DNA of 64,000 nucleotides from Escherichia coli O157:H7 (GTDB lineage Bacteria; Pseudomonadota; Gammaproteobacteria; Enterobacterales; Enterobacteriaceae): NCBI RefSeq assembly GCF_013167455.1, contig NZ_CP038328.1; one strand, 5' to 3'. Shown piece by piece: positions 60,345 to 64,000 of this stretch (position 1 is its first letter; each line of letters starts with the position of its first letter). The notes under the pieces were generated by a model. It saw only the letters and a program-made list of their open reading frames with translations, ran no database searches and was not told where the DNA came from. The position numbers and the translations under genes were made by a program.

Positions 60345-61300
60345 TGAAGCAACTTTGGTTTGCCATGTCATTAGTGACAGGTAGCCTGTTATTCTCTGCT
60401 AACGCCTCGGCCACTCCCGCGTCCGGGGCGTTATTACAGCAGATGAACCTGGCCAGTCAGTCACTGAATTACGAGCTGTCATTCATCAGCATCAATAAAC
60501 AGGGTGTTGAGTCTCTGCGTTATCGACATGCACGCCTCGATAACCGTCCTCTTGCACAATTGTTGCAAATGGATGGCCCGCGCCGGGAAGTGGTACAGCG
60601 CGGCAATGAAATCAGCTATTTTGAACCGGGACTTGAACCGTTCACGCTTAATGGCGATTACATTGTTGATTCTCTGCCATCGCTCATCTATACCGATTTC
60701 AAACGCCTTTCTCCTTACTACGACTTTATCTCCGTCGGGCGCACGCGTATTGCTGATCGTCTTTGCGAAGTCATTCGCGTGGTTGCCCGAGATGGTACAC
60801 GCTACAGCTACATCGTGTGGATGGACACCGAATCGAAATTACCGATGCGGGTTGATCTTCTTGATCGCGATGGTGAAACGCTGGAACAATTTCGCGTGAT
60901 TGCTTTTAACGTCAATCAGGATATCAGCAGCAGTATGCAGACGCTGGCGAAGGCAAATTTGCCGCCGTTGCTTTCTGTTCCTGTAGGTGAAAAAGCTAAA
61001 TTCAGCTGGACGCCAACCTGGTTGCCACAGGGTTTTAGCGAAGTTTCCAGTAGTCGACGTCCGCTACCGACGATGGACAACATGCCTATCGAATCACGTC
61101 TCTATTCCGACGGATTATTCAGCTTCTCGGTAAACGTTAACCGCGCTACGCCATCGAGCACCGATCAGATGTTGCGCACCGGACGCAGAACCGTCAGTAC
61201 AAGCGTACGTGATAACGCCGAAATCACCATTGTCGGTGAACTGCCGCCGCAAACGGCGAAACGCATTGCCGAGAATATTAAGTTCGGGGCAGCGCAATGA
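60344..61300 (+). CDS. rseB: Sigma-E regulatory protein RseB
   Basis: 318-aa ORF with signal peptide; matches RseB. Confidence 0.95.
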   Translation: MKQLWFAMSLVTGSLLFSANASATPASGALLQQMNLASQSLNYELSFISINKQGVESLRYRHARLDNRPLAQLLQMDGPRREVVQRGNEISYFEPGLEPFTLNGDYIVDSLPSLIYTDFKRLSPYYDFISVGRTRIADRLCEVIRVVARDGTRYSYIVWMDTESKLPMRVDLLDRDGETLEQFRVIAFNVNQDISSSMQTLAKANLPPLLSVPVGEKAKFSWTPTWLPQGFSEVSSSRRPLPTMDNMPIESRLYSDGLFSFSVNVNRATPSSTDQMLRTGRRTVSTSVRDNAEITIVGELPPQTAKRIAENIKFGAAQ

Positions 61301-61776
61301 TCAAAGAGTGGGCTACCGTCGTCTCCTGGCAAAACGGGCAGGCGCTGGTCAGTTGTGATGTTAAAGCCTCATGCAGCAGCTGCGCTTCACGCGCCGGTTG
61401 CGGTAGCCGCGTGTTGAATAAACTTGGCCCGCAAACCACGCATACCATTGTCGTACCCTGTGATGAGCCGTTAGTGCCGGGGCAAAAAGTGGAATTGGGG
61501 ATCGCCGAAGGCAGCCTGCTTAGCTCCGCATTACTGGTTTATATGTCGCCGCTGGTGGGATTATTCCTCATCGCTTCGCTATTTCAGCTACTCTTTGCTT
61601 CTGACGTCGCAGCATTATGTGGTGCGGTCCTCGGCGGTATTGGCGGGTTCCTGATTGCGCGTGGCTACTCGCGTAAGTTTGCTGCCCGGGCAGAATGGCA
61701 ACCGATCATCTTAAGCGTGGCATTGCCGCCTGGCCTTGTGCGATTTGAAACATCTTCGGAAGACGCGAGCCAGTGA
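61297..61776 (+). CDS. rseC: Sigma-E regulatory protein RseC
   Basis: 159-aa ORF matching RseC. Confidence 0.9.
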   Translation: MIKEWATVVSWQNGQALVSCDVKASCSSCASRAGCGSRVLNKLGPQTTHTIVVPCDEPLVPGQKVELGIAEGSLLSSALLVYMSPLVGLFLIASLFQLLFASDVAALCGAVLGGIGGFLIARGYSRKFAARAEWQPIILSVALPPGLVRFETSSEDASQ

Positions 61777-61973
61777 TTTCACTGGCTTTGTTGCATTTTG
61801 CATAACAAATGCGAGGACGTTTCCAGATACCACAATCCATACGGTATGAACATTTCCTCGCCTCAATGTTGTAGTGTAGAATGCGGCGTTTCTATTAATA
61901 CAGACGTTAAGCTCAGAACAGCGACTTCTAAAAGCCTGGTTAACCGGGCATTAAGGCACAATAATCATACTTT

Positions 61974-63773
<1,800 letters not shown>

Positions 63774-63789
63774 CCCTTAGGAGTTGGCA

Positions 63790-64000
63790 TGGCGAATATG
63801 TTTGCCCTGATTCTGGTGATTGCCACACTGGTGACGGGCATTTTATGGTGCGTGGATAAATTCTTTTTCGCACCTAAACGGCGGGAACGTCAGGCAGCGG
63901 CGCAGGCGGCTGCCGGTGACTCACTGGATAAAGCAACGTTGAAAAAGGTTGCGCCGAAGCCTGGCTGGCTGGAAACCGGTGCTTCTGTTTTTCCGGTACT
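63790..64000 (+). CDS. lepB: Signal peptidase I (LepB), 3'-truncated by window edge
   Basis: Starts MANMFALILVIATLVTGILWCVDKFFFAPKRRERQAAAQAA…; runs off the window end. Confidence 0.85.

Overview
This window is an Escherichia coli chromosomal segment with two distinct parts. Positions 1 to about 13520 are the right-hand portion of a degraded lambdoid prophage that abuts the 3' end of ssrA (tmRNA). It carries ninG (cut by the window edge), a NinI-type Ser/Thr phosphatase, antiterminator Q, a pR'/qut-like late promoter, a NanS-p-type sialate O-acetylesterase, a phage-21-type pinholin, an endolysin truncated by an IS66-family element that is itself truncated by an IS629 copy, a cluster of type III secretion effector genes (two NleG U-box proteins, an EspW-like and an EspM-like WxxxE protein) and a LexA-regulated dinI-like gene. 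No stx, integrase, structural or packaging genes are present. This cargo (IS629, ISEc8-like element, nleG/espM/espW) is typical of EHEC O157:H7-type genomes. Positions 13521 to 64000 are conserved core backbone, colinear gene-for-gene with the K-12 ssrA-to-lepB region in reverse orientation, including the complete rrnG-type rRNA operon (16S, tRNA-Glu, 23S, 5S). I found no clearly novel multi-gene system; the most interesting unexplained items are four uncharacterised ORFs in the prophage: a 238-aa multi-pass membrane protein in the slot where Stx phages carry stx, a 39-codon hydrophobic ORF just downstream of it, a 114-aa ORF wedged between holin and endolysin, and an isolated 89-aa Cys-motif ORF. 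All identifications rest on reading the translations and sequence motifs by eye; no database search was run.
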